Notes under the pieces: model-generated
What the model saw: the letters and a program-made list of their open reading frames with translations, nothing else
Databases searched by the model: none
What the model was told of the DNA's origin: nothing
Assembly: GCA_027623195.1 (NCBI GenBank)
Contig: JAQBUT010000018.1
Coordinates: 1-64,000 of the forward strand
Source: Chloroflexota bacterium
GTDB taxonomy: Bacteria > Chloroflexota > Dehalococcoidia > Lucifugimonadales > JADFKI01
Length of the DNA: 64,000 nucleotides
Direction: 5' to 3'
In this document: in pieces, positions 49,556-59,913 of the stretch
Layout: each line of letters opens with the position of its first letter
How positions within the stretch are numbered: the first letter of the stretch is position 1
Program-made: the position numbers and the translations under genes

Positions 49556-49647
49556 CAATTTACACAGATTATTACTTTCTATCATTGCGCCTTTTTTGTA
49601 CGTCGAATATCGCCTCGTAGACGGCTAACCGGAGCTCCTGTGAGATT

Positions 49648-51312
49648 ATGACAAAGTATATTTTCGTTACTGGTGGTGTGGTCAGCTCCGTAGGGAAGGG
49701 CATAACCGTTGCCTCCCTTGGGCGCATTCTCAAAAGCCGCGGGGTATCTGTTTCGGTCCTCAAACTGGACCCTTACCTAAACGTGGATCCCGGCACCATG
49801 TCGCCATACCAACACGGCGAGGTGTTCGTTACAACGGACGGGTGCGAGACTGACCTGGACCTAGGCCACTACGAGCGTTTCATAGACATGAACCTGACCC
49901 GGGCATCCAACCTGACAGCAGGGCAGATTTACAGCGACATCATATCCAAGGAGCGCCGTGGCGAATTCTTGGGCGGTACCATACAGGCGGTGCCGCACGT
50001 AACAGACGCTATCAAACAGCACATGCTGCGCCTGGCAGAGGAGTCCAAAGCCGACGTTATTATTGTTGAGGTTGGCGGCACTGTGGGCGACATCGAAGGC
50101 CTGCCATTTCTGGAGGCGATTCGCCAGATGCGCAACGAGGTAGGCAAGGACAACGTCTACTACGCCCACCTGACGTATTTACCGTACATTTCCGCCACCC
50201 AAGAGTTGAAAACAAAACCGACACAACACAGCGTTCGGGAGTTACGGAGCATAGGCATTCAACCGGACTCGATTATATGCCGTAGCGAATTCGACCTGAC
50301 TGAAGACATCAAAAGAAAGATAAGCATTCACTGCGATGTGCCTATCGAGGGCGTAATTACACTCCCAACGGTGGATACGGTATACGAGGTACCGATAATC
50401 CTCGAAGACGAAGGTCTTGGCGACCTTATTCTAAACACTCTGAACATACCCAATACAGGGAGAGACTTGACTGCCTGGGTACGCATGGTGGATGAGATTA
50501 AGCTGCCGAAAGAACCTCTAAGAGTGGCCTTGGTAGGCAAGTACGTTGAATTGCACGACTCTTACCTCTCGGTGAAAGAGGCACTTATCCACGCCGCGCT
50601 GGCGCAAGGCCAGGAGGTTGAGATTGTGTGGATCGGCTCCGAAGACATTGAGGAGTTTGGGCCAGACCGATATCTGGATTCGGTGCAGGGAATAGTGGTC
50701 CCAGGGGGCTTTGGCAATCGCGGGGTAGAGGGCATGATTTCCACAGTGAGGTATGCCCGCGAACACGGGGTGCCTTACCTCGGCCTTTGTCTGGGCCTAC
50801 AGGTAATGGTCATCGACGTAGCGCGAGAGGCCCTGGCTAACGCAGATGCCAACTCAACCGAGTTTGATCCGAACACTGCTCACCCGGTCATCGACATAAT
50901 GCCCGACCAGAGAGATATTACCGACATGGGTGGAACCATGCGACTAGGCATATACCCCTGCGAGTTGGTACCCGGGACCCTGGCTGGAAATGCTTATGAC
51001 TCACCTGTCGTTCAGGAAAGGCATAGGCATAGGTTCGAATTCAACAACGCCTACCGGGAGGAGCTTGCCAAAGCTGGCCTCAAGGCCACAGGGTTATCGC
51101 CCGAGGGCAAACTGGTGGAGATCATGGAATTGGAAGGTCAGGACTTCATGGTTGGGGTACAGTTTCATCCAGAATTTTTATCGCGCCCGAACAGACCTCA
51201 CCCATTATTTAGCGACTTTGTGCACGCCGTAAATAAGACGTTGCGTGAAGGCGGCCAGCATATGATGCCGTTAGAGTCTTCGGATTCGTCTATAGTGGGC
51301 CAGGGAGTATAG
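49648..51312 (+). CDS. pyrG: CTP synthase
   Basis: KYIFVTGGVVSSVGKG, DPYLNVDPGTMSP.QHGEV, GGTVGDIE, PGGFG, GLCLG, ERHRHRFE, QFHPEF. Confidence 0.98.
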   Translation: MTKYIFVTGGVVSSVGKGITVASLGRILKSRGVSVSVLKLDPYLNVDPGTMSPYQHGEVFVTTDGCETDLDLGHYERFIDMNLTRASNLTAGQIYSDIISKERRGEFLGGTIQAVPHVTDAIKQHMLRLAEESKADVIIVEVGGTVGDIEGLPFLEAIRQMRNEVGKDNVYYAHLTYLPYISATQELKTKPTQHSVRELRSIGIQPDSIICRSEFDLTEDIKRKISIHCDVPIEGVITLPTVDTVYEVPIILEDEGLGDLILNTLNIPNTGRDLTAWVRMVDEIKLPKEPLRVALVGKYVELHDSYLSVKEALIHAALAQGQEVEIVWIGSEDIEEFGPDRYLDSVQGIVVPGGFGNRGVEGMISTVRYAREHGVPYLGLCLGLQVMVIDVAREALANADANSTEFDPNTAHPVIDIMPDQRDITDMGGTMRLGIYPCELVPGTLAGNAYDSPVVQERHRHRFEFNNAYREELAKAGLKATGLSPEGKLVEIMELEGQDFMVGVQFHPEFLSRPNRPHPLFSDFVHAVNKTLREGGQHMMPLESSDSSIVGQGV

Positions 51313-51737
51313 ACGAGGGAAAGTATTTGTGTTAATATAAGTGAGTTGACCCCCAAATATTTGGCCTCCCCAAGTTCGATCAAATGGAAACACTGCTTTG
51401 CAACCCTTTGTTCGACCACCAATTATTAAGGGTAACCTCACCACCGTTTCTTAACATCCATTATGTTTTAATGCCTGCACAGTGCGTTTGGTAATATGGC
51501 TGTTTATACCGGATCCACCAGATAATCCAGCAGGCGAAAATGTAAGGTACGGTTTAAACCTGGCAGGGAATCTTACATCAGAGCAAATACACTTCTTTTA
51601 TAACGCCTCTACATTATATGTACTCGATTGACTCATTTTTTGCCCAGCATCAAAGGCGTCAATTTTGCCACCTTCCAAGGAATTGTATTTCAAGAATAAC
51701 AAGGCCCAAACCCTCTAAATAATCCCCGGAGAAAGAA

Positions 51738-53000
51738 ATGAACATAGCGGAACTGCAAAGTCTTGAAACCGAAGATCTCTTGAAACTTGCCCAGGAAATG
51801 GGTGTCGTTGAGAACGGCTCGGTGACGAAGCGTCATGAGATTATGTCCAAGGTGCTCAATAACCTGGCCGACCAGAACGGGAGCCTAAAGGCTGGTGGAA
51901 TCCTCTCCATTGTGGCCGACGGTTACGGTTTCCTAAGACAGTTTTCCGGGCACCCAGGTTCCGGCGATGTTTACGTCTCTCAGTCACAGATACGGCGATT
52001 CGGACTGCGGGTTGGGGACGAGGTTATGGGACAGGTAAGGCCGCCCAAAGACGGCGAGAGGTATTTCGGTCTCGTTAGGGTTGAAGGCGTGAATGGATTA
52101 GACCCCGAAGCCTCCAGAAACCGCCCCAATTTTGAGAACCTCACCGCTATATTCCCCACCGAGCATATCGTACTTGAAACCACTTCGAATGTACTTTCCA
52201 CCAGACTCATGGACCTCCTGGCACCAGTAGGGCGCGGACAGCGCGGCCTCATCGTCTCCCCTCCCAAGGCCGGCAAGACCACTCTTCTGAAACAGATCGC
52301 TGGCGGTATCTCCGTAAATTCGCCCGACATACACATCATGGTCGCGCTGATTGGTGAGAGGCCGGAAGAGGTCACGGATGTGCGTCGGTCCATTGAGGGC
52401 GAAGTGTACAGTTCCACCTTCGACGAGCCAGTGGAGGACCACTGCCGCGTAGCGGAGCTTGTGCTGGAAAGGGCCAAACGCCTGGTAGAAGGCGGCGCCG
52501 ACGTAGCGATTCTCCTTGATAGCATTACGCGATTGACGCGAGCGTACAACCTCGCAGTGCCTAGTAGCGGACGCACGTTATCCGGTGGTATGGACCCAGT
52601 GGCTCTGTACCCACCCAAACGCTTCTTCGGAGCAGCACGTAACACAGAGGAAGGCGGAAGCCTGACTATTTTAGCTGCGTGCCTGACCGATACCGGAAGT
52701 CGCATGGACGACCTCATTTATGAAGAGTTCAAGGGAACAGGCAACATGGAAGTCCACCTGGACCGCAGGCTGGCCGAACGACGCTTCTTCCCTGCCATCG
52801 ACATAGACAGAAGCGGTACGCGTCGCGAAGAGTTGCTGCTGGACGAGACAACGCTAAAACAGGTATTGCTCTTGCGCCGCATGGTAGGCATGATAACGTC
52901 GAACGGAATGGACCACCTGCAGGCTACCGAGAAGGTTATCGAGCGCATCAGCAAGACGAAGAACAACGTGGAATTCCTGTCTACACTGGGCAAGGACTAG
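51738..53000 (+). CDS. rho: Transcription termination factor Rho
   Basis: DGYGFLR, DVYVSQSQIRRF, GRGQRGLIVSPPKAGKT, IGERPEEVTD, DSITRL, TLSGG, EEFKGTGN. Confidence 0.98.
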   Translation: MNIAELQSLETEDLLKLAQEMGVVENGSVTKRHEIMSKVLNNLADQNGSLKAGGILSIVADGYGFLRQFSGHPGSGDVYVSQSQIRRFGLRVGDEVMGQVRPPKDGERYFGLVRVEGVNGLDPEASRNRPNFENLTAIFPTEHIVLETTSNVLSTRLMDLLAPVGRGQRGLIVSPPKAGKTTLLKQIAGGISVNSPDIHIMVALIGERPEEVTDVRRSIEGEVYSSTFDEPVEDHCRVAELVLERAKRLVEGGADVAILLDSITRLTRAYNLAVPSSGRTLSGGMDPVALYPPKRFFGAARNTEEGGSLTILAACLTDTGSRMDDLIYEEFKGTGNMEVHLDRRLAERRFFPAIDIDRSGTRREELLLDETTLKQVLLLRRMVGMITSNGMDHLQATEKVIERISKTKNNVEFLSTLGKD

Positions 53001-53107
53001 GGGCCACCTAACCAACCCTATACACGCCTGATATTAGTGCGAGCCATTGGCGCTTTTCGAGTCCAGCTAGGTCCCAGAAGACGACCCCTTAGCTAGGGTC
53101 CGATACA

Positions 53108-54393
53108 CTAGGCGGCGGGTCGCTTCTCACGTAATCTTCGAACGTAATCTATCGCGAAAGCTGCTAACGCCCCCAAACCAGGCCTGCGACACCACCCGCG
53201 ATCAGTCTCCGAGTAAGCGGATTGGCGGACGTGATTGGAACCCTGGGTTCGCTAACAGGATCGGATTCTAAGAAAGACTCCGATAACTCGGGCAAATCAA
53301 GCAACGACGGCTGAATAGCTCTACTTATCCGATCAAAGTTTTCCTCTAGAATTCCCAACTCCCGGTTAATCCGTTTGAGGCCAAGCTCAGTTGTATTTAT
53401 TTGGATGGACTGGCTCTCAATGTCAGACTCGAATTCGGCAAGCTCCCCTTCCATAAATGCAATGCGCGCCGTCAATGCCGCCTGCTCCGACTCCAGACGC
53501 ACCTCTTCTTGTCTGAGAGAAATATACACGTCATTCGGCAACTCTGTCGTCAAAGTCAGGTCTAGGTACTGCTCGGGCTCCAGATTGTTGATCTCATCAG
53601 CCAGGATGGTCAAGAGCGTCTGATCTTTGATCATCTGGTCCAATACGAGGAGTCGCGGTTCCACGGCCAAAGCGCTTCTTATGCTGTCAAGTCTCGGCCT
53701 AACGTCAACCAATTCGCCCAGGGCCCTATTCAGTTGATCAGTAACGTCGCCAAATTGAGACAAGGAAACTTCGCGGCCGCTGACCAGCAAGGCGAGAGAA
53801 TTTTGTCGAAGGTAACTAAGCCTTTCCTCTTCCTTGGCAGCCAACTCCAAACCAGCCTTTTCATATTGTGAAAACTTTAGCCGGTTGGATTGAGACAGCT
53901 TGGCTTCGATAAGCAAGTTGCTATTTTCTACGAAGACCTCGGTCCAGGCTTCAAGGATTTGCTTCGCGAGCAAGGGGTCTTGACTGCGAACCGACAGAGT
54001 CAACTCTTGCGCACTATCGGCATCAGCGGGTCGTACGCTTGTCAACTCGGCTAGCTGCCCCACCGACCACGGCTGGCCTGTCTCCGCATTCCGCAGGTTG
54101 GCGCCCTGGATTACGGCTTACAAATTCGCATCGCTTTGGGCAGCGATGGCATTTAAGCCGAGGGGAACCGAGCCGCCTTGATTGAGGATTCCGCTGTTCA
54201 ATATATAGCCTGGGATTGCTGCCCTGGTGCGCGCCTCAAAGACGTCCGGAGGTTGGGGAGGGCTTGTGGCTCCAGCCACGACTAGCGCTATCACAAGCAC
54301 TGTCAAGATTGCCCACCACCCACGCAAGAGTATGGCCAGATATTCAGCTATGGAGATTTCGTCTGCGTCGAAGGGGCCGCTCTGCGGTGTCAA
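53108..54393 (-). pseudogene. Disrupted Wzz/GumC-like polysaccharide co-polymerase paralog
   Basis: ORFs 54118..54393 and 53164..54063 share a frame, split by TAA at 54118-54120; a 1-bp frameshift near 53175 restores the C-terminal TM (GLV.GALAAFAIDYVRR); collinear with 54501..56324. Confidence 0.75.
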
Positions 54394-54500
54394 ATTTACC
54401 TACCTGCCTTAGGCAGACAAAAATTTAGCACGCGAAACGTTTCGCTAATTAAGCGTCTGCCACATTAGTAGATAACCTATCCCAAGGACATTAATGCAAT

Positions 54501-56324
54501 CTAGGATGTTTCTGGTTTCGTACCGGCCGAAACCTGAGGGGGGATGTAGTGCCATGCGAACGCAAGCACTACACCAAGAACGGCTCCCACGGTGGCGCCA
54601 ATCAGTATCCTATTAATCTCCCGCCCGGCAGCGGGTAGGGGAGTTTGCGGTAGGACGGCAGTTTCAAGCATCACATTCGTTTGGTTCTCATCTAGCATTG
54701 CTATTTCGGACTGACGAAGGCGGGTCCCCAGGTCATCAAGAGTGGTCTGCAGTCGCTGGATCTGCTGATCCAATTCCTCATATCGCAGCTTAATTGAAGG
54801 TAGGCTACTAGCAACTTGCCGTATGTCAGTTTCGTATGATTCCACAAGGCCCATATACTCACTCTCAACCTCTTCCAGGGTATCAATTTCATTCCTAAGG
54901 GCGATCACGGTGTCTTCAAGTGATACGAAGTTTTCACGTTCTTTATCATACCGGCGTTGCGCCAACTGGGTTCGGATTTCCAACCGAGGTAGCCCAGGGT
55001 CTTTGATGTTCGATATTTCGGACCGCAGAGTTGTAACTTCATCCTCGGTCTGTTTGATTCTTAGTTGTAAGAAAGATATCGTTTTCTGCTGAGCCTCAAT
55101 GGTAGCTCGACCAGCTATGATTTGGGATAATAGAGTTGAGTAAACCGGGTTCACCTGCTCGGTTCGCAGGCCTATTTCTCGTACTCGTTCCAAATCATCG
55201 ATAGTCGGGTTGATTCCAAGCTGCTGCCAAAGCGCCTGATCATCTATGGCTCGCACGGTAACCAGCAATTCGGGAAGGGTCTCGATCTCCAACTCCCTTT
55301 GCCGCAGCCGCGCCAACTCGGCCTCATAATCTCGTTCCAAATCTCCTAGACGAAGTTGATCGCCCGACAGACGGTTAACCTGAAATACTAAACTAGCATT
55401 TTCAATGTCTATGTTGGTCTCTTCCTCAAATTTCTGCAGGTCGTCCTGTGCTCGGAATAACGCTTCCTTCGCTTGGGTAACCGCCTGTTGCTCCGGAGAC
55501 TGATCAGGAATTAAGTCGGCGTTGTTGCCATTGAAGTCCATCCCGATCCACATACCATCTACCGTAAGCTCCTCGTACCGTCCAACGGCCTGTTCATACC
55601 GCGACCTCTCGAGCCGCAACTGGGCAGAGGTGGTGAGAAGTACATCCAGATACTCTCGAAGTTTGTCCTGCTTAAGCGACAATTCCTGTTGAAGGAGGGC
55701 AATCGGATACTCCTCCTGGTATTCCTGGCGCTCCTCAATAGCCTCCTGAATGCCTGCTTCGGATAGCTGGTGTTGCCCCAAGAGAAAATCGTGAGATCGT
55801 GCGGCCTCTGACACAGAGAACTGCTGATTTTGCTCAGTAAACTCTACTAACCAGGCATCGGCTATGCGCTTTACCTGCGAAGGGTCTACGCCACTAACTA
55901 CGGTGGTAAGAATCGGAAAGCCTGGACCGCCTCCGTCGGGTAGCACTGACGCGTTCAGCATAGTGGACAGTCGCTGCACCGGCCAAGGCTGCCCTGAGAT
56001 CTCATCCTTCAGTTCCAACCTGGATATGATACTCACCAAGAGATCATTACCCGTGGCCAAGGATGAAAGGGTTTCGGCGGACATTCGGCTGGCAAATGAG
56101 GAGCTGGATACACCATTCAAAAGTCCTTCTGAGACCGAGGGCACCAACATTAGCCTTACCCTGGACTGATAAGTCGGTCCCGAAGGCTCTGGGTTCGTCA
56201 TCCACGCGCCGCCAGCGACGACTAGCACGGCGCCAACGATCAACCACCAGCGCCGGAGCACGATTATGAGGATGGAGCGTAGCTCTATGTCATCTTCGCT
56301 AAATATGTTATCGTGCTGATTCAT
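54501..56324 (-). CDS. Wzz/GumC-like chain-length determinant with very long coiled coil, no kinase domain
   Basis: EDDIELR..L..RRWWLI N-terminal TM, DP...RIADAW, long heptad-rich region, A.LP.TP plus C-terminal TM. Confidence 0.75.
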   Translation of the reverse strand: MNQHDNIFSEDDIELRSILIIVLRRWWLIVGAVLVVAGGAWMTNPEPSGPTYQSRVRLMLVPSVSEGLLNGVSSSSFASRMSAETLSSLATGNDLLVSIISRLELKDEISGQPWPVQRLSTMLNASVLPDGGGPGFPILTTVVSGVDPSQVKRIADAWLVEFTEQNQQFSVSEAARSHDFLLGQHQLSEAGIQEAIEERQEYQEEYPIALLQQELSLKQDKLREYLDVLLTTSAQLRLERSRYEQAVGRYEELTVDGMWIGMDFNGNNADLIPDQSPEQQAVTQAKEALFRAQDDLQKFEEETNIDIENASLVFQVNRLSGDQLRLGDLERDYEAELARLRQRELEIETLPELLVTVRAIDDQALWQQLGINPTIDDLERVREIGLRTEQVNPVYSTLLSQIIAGRATIEAQQKTISFLQLRIKQTEDEVTTLRSEISNIKDPGLPRLEIRTQLAQRRYDKERENFVSLEDTVIALRNEIDTLEEVESEYMGLVESYETDIRQVASSLPSIKLRYEELDQQIQRLQTTLDDLGTRLRQSEIAMLDENQTNVMLETAVLPQTPLPAAGREINRILIGATVGAVLGVVLAFAWHYIPPQVSAGTKPETS

Positions 56325-56382
56325 TTTTTCCTTTCGTAAACCAAAATCATGCAGTTGAGATTACCCCACGCCTTCAGGGATT

Positions 56383-58410
56383 CTACTGCTGTGACGAAAC
56401 TTCACGCATTTTTTCCAACGCCTCCACTCGACGTCGGAGCCTCACAACCTCTTCTCTTTGGGGCGCAAGGTCCTCAGCGACATCCAGGTAATATCTGGCA
56501 GTATCCAGACCCTCAAAGCTTGCGCTCTGCCCGGCAACATCACGATACATATCGCCCATTGACAGGTATATACGCCAATTCTCCGGCTCAGCGGCTCTTG
56601 CCTCAATGGCTTGCGTGTCCGCTATCTCCAGAATGCGTTGAGCATCCGCCTCAGGCAAGTTTGGCCAAATGGTGGCTACGTTCCTGATGTAAATAAGGCG
56701 TGGGTAGTTGGCCAGCGGGGGAAAGGTATTTATGGAGCGGTCCACAGTGGCCAGCAGAGTGTCCAGGCTACTAGCTCCACGAGTTACCTCGATAATAGTA
56801 CCAGCGGCGCTATAGGCCCTGATATTGAACCACAAACTCAGCATCACAAGGGCGAAGGTGGCGAAAAGACCCGCGATGGACAGGCTTGACCAAAGACCGG
56901 GGTTACTCTTGACAGCGCCGAGGATGTGCTTTACTGGGCCAAGAACGTCGGAACCGTAAGTCCGAATCCTCGTCGAAATCCGTGTTGGGCTCGGAACATC
57001 AGCATCAAGCGAATGCGCTTCGACTGCGGCCTCCAACCCTACAACAATGGCGGCAAAGATAACAAACTGTAGTGTCGACACCGGGGTATCAAAAAGAAAG
57101 AGATTCTGAACAAAGTAAGCCGCCAGGGCAGATGCGACGGTGAGGACGAATATCTGATTTCGTTGGCCGACGTGCCGGGCCCTCTGAAAGATGATGCGAA
57201 AAATGAAAAACCAGATGGCTAGATAGCTCGCCAAGCCCAAAATGCCCTTGGTAACTAATTCCTCAATAGGCTTATTGTGGGCCTGATCCAAGACCTCAAA
57301 GGAACTAGTGCCCTCAACATAGTACCTCCCATAAGGCACTATGTAATTTTCCGGCCCCCAGCCCAATATCGGCTTCTCCAAAAGCGCTTTGTATCCTACC
57401 GTTAGGGCGAACAGGCGGCTCGTAAACGGATTTTGGTCTGTCCTCAGGTCGGTCATCCGCTGGACCAGAACATTGTTTGACGCCACAGATCTTACAATTG
57501 GAGTGTCTCTCAGGACTATGGTGAGAATTCCCAATAGCAAGATGCTGCCCACTAGTACTGCCAGGGAGCGCTTCAACGTCGCCTGATTCCCAACAATCAC
57601 GTAAGCCGCTGAGAAGAATCCAATACCCGCTATGAGCCCAATCACGGCGCCACGAGTTCCTGTGAGCGTCATGACCCAAAGATTCACCAAGACGACGACT
57701 ATCCAAAAGCCCTGCCATAGGAACGGTCGAAGGTCCCTTTTGCTCTCCTGTTCTCTGCGCCTTGACCTTCTTCTCCGAACCTGGGTCGTCGGTGGAATTG
57801 CCTCATCGGGCCAGAATGACCTTAACAGAAGTCCCAATGCAATGATGGCGTTCAGTATCATGTAAGTGCCAACGAACGCCGAATTGCCAAGGGTTGAACC
57901 GACTCTTGCATCGGCCTGGAGGAAGGGGTAGAACGGGATACTTTCCACCTCAAAGCCCTGCCCTAGACCGACAAGGGCTACCAACAGGCTGACGGCCATG
58001 TTTGCGTTGAGGAGGTGGAGCCAGTTGGTGTTGGTGCGGACCACCGAGGCCAAAACGATCAGAAGCGCTACCCAGTGCGCCAGATCAACGACGCCCTGCA
58101 TGCGCTCAAAGGTAGACCAGAGGCTCCGCTGGAAACTGACCCCAAATGTGCCTGCCAAGAGAGAGATAAATAGGTAGATGCACAATACGAGGATGAGCCT
58201 TGAGCGGGGCGGTCGGAATGAGGCGTTCCGAAATGCTAGTGCCGCCCACAGGCCGAAGACTAAAGCGATAATGATGCGGGAGTAAATGGCCTTGCCGACG
58301 ATGAAGGGGAAAATCGTCTGTGTGCTAACAATTAGCGGCATAAAAAGGAGCAGGAATAAACCTGCCCATATTGAGTAGAGTAACGCCTTATCTGGGAGAT
58401 TTATCTGCAA
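56383..58410 (-). CDS. O-antigen ligase/Wzy_C family membrane protein with C-terminal TPR-like helices
   Basis: FPFIVGK, SLWSTFERMQG, RVGSTLGN, TGTRGA, KPILGWGPENY, DQAHN; start moved to TTG 58410 downstream of promoter. Confidence 0.85.
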   Translation of the reverse strand: MQINLPDKALLYSIWAGLFLLLFMPLIVSTQTIFPFIVGKAIYSRIIIALVFGLWAALAFRNASFRPPRSRLILVLCIYLFISLLAGTFGVSFQRSLWSTFERMQGVVDLAHWVALLIVLASVVRTNTNWLHLLNANMAVSLLVALVGLGQGFEVESIPFYPFLQADARVGSTLGNSAFVGTYMILNAIIALGLLLRSFWPDEAIPPTTQVRRRRSRRREQESKRDLRPFLWQGFWIVVVLVNLWVMTLTGTRGAVIGLIAGIGFFSAAYVIVGNQATLKRSLAVLVGSILLLGILTIVLRDTPIVRSVASNNVLVQRMTDLRTDQNPFTSRLFALTVGYKALLEKPILGWGPENYIVPYGRYYVEGTSSFEVLDQAHNKPIEELVTKGILGLASYLAIWFFIFRIIFQRARHVGQRNQIFVLTVASALAAYFVQNLFLFDTPVSTLQFVIFAAIVVGLEAAVEAHSLDADVPSPTRISTRIRTYGSDVLGPVKHILGAVKSNPGLWSSLSIAGLFATFALVMLSLWFNIRAYSAAGTIIEVTRGASSLDTLLATVDRSINTFPPLANYPRLIYIRNVATIWPNLPEADAQRILEIADTQAIEARAAEPENWRIYLSMGDMYRDVAGQSASFEGLDTARYYLDVAEDLAPQREEVVRLRRRVEALEKMREVSSQQ

Positions 58411-58465
58411 TTGCCTCAACCAGCGTCGCCGGCACACATCTTGCCCATGCTGCAGGGGTGACTGG

Positions 58466-58494
58466 ATTATATGGCCGGGCCTATTTAAGGTCAA
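58466..58494 (-). promoter_or_regulatory. sigma70-type promoter for ligase/Wzz operon
   Basis: Minus strand TTGACC-N17-TATAAT. Confidence 0.7.
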
Positions 58495-58603
58495 CTCAAG
58501 TGCGGCACGGTTTCTCACGTCCCAATAAGCCTTAGCGCCCGCAACAGTCCACCACTGCAGACCAGAAATCCACTTATTACAGACAGTAAACAGTAAGAAG
58601 TAC

Positions 58604-58632
58604 TTGACTTTGTTCTGGACCAACCATAACAT
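58604..58632 (+). promoter_or_regulatory. sigma70-type promoter for the MarR/NusG-paralog operon
   Basis: TTGACT-N17-TAACAT ending 7 nt before ATG 58640. Confidence 0.55.
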
Positions 58633-58639
58633 TAATTTA

Positions 58640-59308
58640 ATGCGTTCGAAAACCGAACATAAAGAGATTACGGGCGATTCTTACAGGGAACTGCGTCTCC
58701 TGGAGGAAGTGTCCAGGGCGTCTAATCTCAGCCAGCGAAGGCTTGCTGATCGGCTGGGAATCGCGCTGGGCGTCACAAATGTACTGCTTAAAAGCCTTGC
58801 GCGAAAGGGGTACATAAGAATTGTACGCGTGAGATGGCGGAGCTGGATTTACGTTCTCACTCCGTCGGGGATTGCCAGGAAGGTTCAACTCACCTTTGCT
58901 TACGTTGAGAGTTTCTTGGATCACTACAGACGTATCAGGCAGATTATTAACGAGGACATTGAGGAGCTAGGGCTGGATTCAGACGCCAGAGTTGCAATTT
59001 ACGGCCGCACTGATCTGGGTGAACTAGCTTTTCTGGTACTCCGAGACCTTGGCATTACGAATCTTGATGTAATCGATCACGAAGCCTCTGGCGACAGGTT
59101 CCTAGGTATGCATGTAATCGACATCAAGACGGTGTGCTTCGCTAACTACGAAAAGATCGTCTTGGCCTTCCCTTCAGACATTGATGCACGACGTCAAGAA
59201 CTTCTGGATATTGGGGCGGCTCCAGGTCAGATTGTGCCCCTGCTGCAGAACATGGACGTGACGCCAATTGAGATGGAACAGGTGAGCCACCAGGTCGTGG
59301 TCGAATGA
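58640..59308 (+). CDS. EPS-associated MarR-type winged-helix regulator with C-terminal Rossmann-like domain
   Basis: ELRLLEEV, SQRRLADRLGIALG.TN.LLK.L.RKGYI, Y.LTPSG..RK; VAIYG. Confidence 0.8.
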   Translation: MRSKTEHKEITGDSYRELRLLEEVSRASNLSQRRLADRLGIALGVTNVLLKSLARKGYIRIVRVRWRSWIYVLTPSGIARKVQLTFAYVESFLDHYRRIRQIINEDIEELGLDSDARVAIYGRTDLGELAFLVLRDLGITNLDVIDHEASGDRFLGMHVIDIKTVCFANYEKIVLAFPSDIDARRQELLDIGAAPGQIVPLLQNMDVTPIEMEQVSHQVVVE

Positions 59309-59913
59309 CTCGAAAGTGGTACGTTCTTCGCACCAAACCACGGTCAGAGAATATCGTAGCCAATGATCTGGAAAGGGACGGCTTCGTTAGCTTCTGCCCC
59401 CGTGTAAAGACACCCCGACCCAAAGGCGACTCCACATATGCCCCTCTTTTCCCAGGTTATCTATTCCTACAAGTAGAATTGGAATCCCAAGGCGCGGAGT
59501 TGACCAGGGACAGATCTGGCGTCCTAGGTTGGCTGCGATTCGGCGACACAATCCCGTGGGTGCCGGATGAGGTCATAGAAAACATCCGAATGCGAGTGCA
59601 GGTAATCAACAGGGAGGGCGGCGTCTGGCGGCATTTCCAGCCAGGGGACCGAGTCCGAGTGCTGTCGGGCAAGCTGGAGAGTCTGGCGGAAGTTATCGAA
59701 GAGACCATAACGACACAGGGGGGGCAGGTTCGAGTCCTGTTGGACTTCATGGGACGGGCGATTCCCGCTCAGGTGCCGTGGCACAGCGTTCGTGCGGTTG
59801 ATGCTTCGGGTGTCGCTGTTAACCGCCTCCCCAAGTTACCCAGGCGAACCAGAGGCAGAGGTCGCTGGATTCAAGGGCAAAGACCTCAGGCCGTTAACGC
59901 CCAAGGTAGTTAA
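59305..59913 (+). CDS. NusG/RfaH-family transcription antiterminator paralog
   Basis: WYVLRTKPRSE, PLFPGYLF, GV...LRFG, KOW FQPGDRVRV.SG, VRVLLDFMGR; ATGA overlap with MarR gene. Confidence 0.88.
   Translation: MTRKWYVLRTKPRSENIVANDLERDGFVSFCPRVKTPRPKGDSTYAPLFPGYLFLQVELESQGAELTRDRSGVLGWLRFGDTIPWVPDEVIENIRMRVQVINREGGVWRHFQPGDRVRVLSGKLESLAEVIEETITTQGGQVRVLLDFMGRAIPAQVPWHSVRAVDASGVAVNRLPKLPRRTRGRGRWIQGQRPQAVNAQGS

Noticed and set aside
58411..58632. 74-aa N-terminal extension of the ligase-like ORF
   Set aside because: Contains both divergent promoters; true start likely TTG 58410
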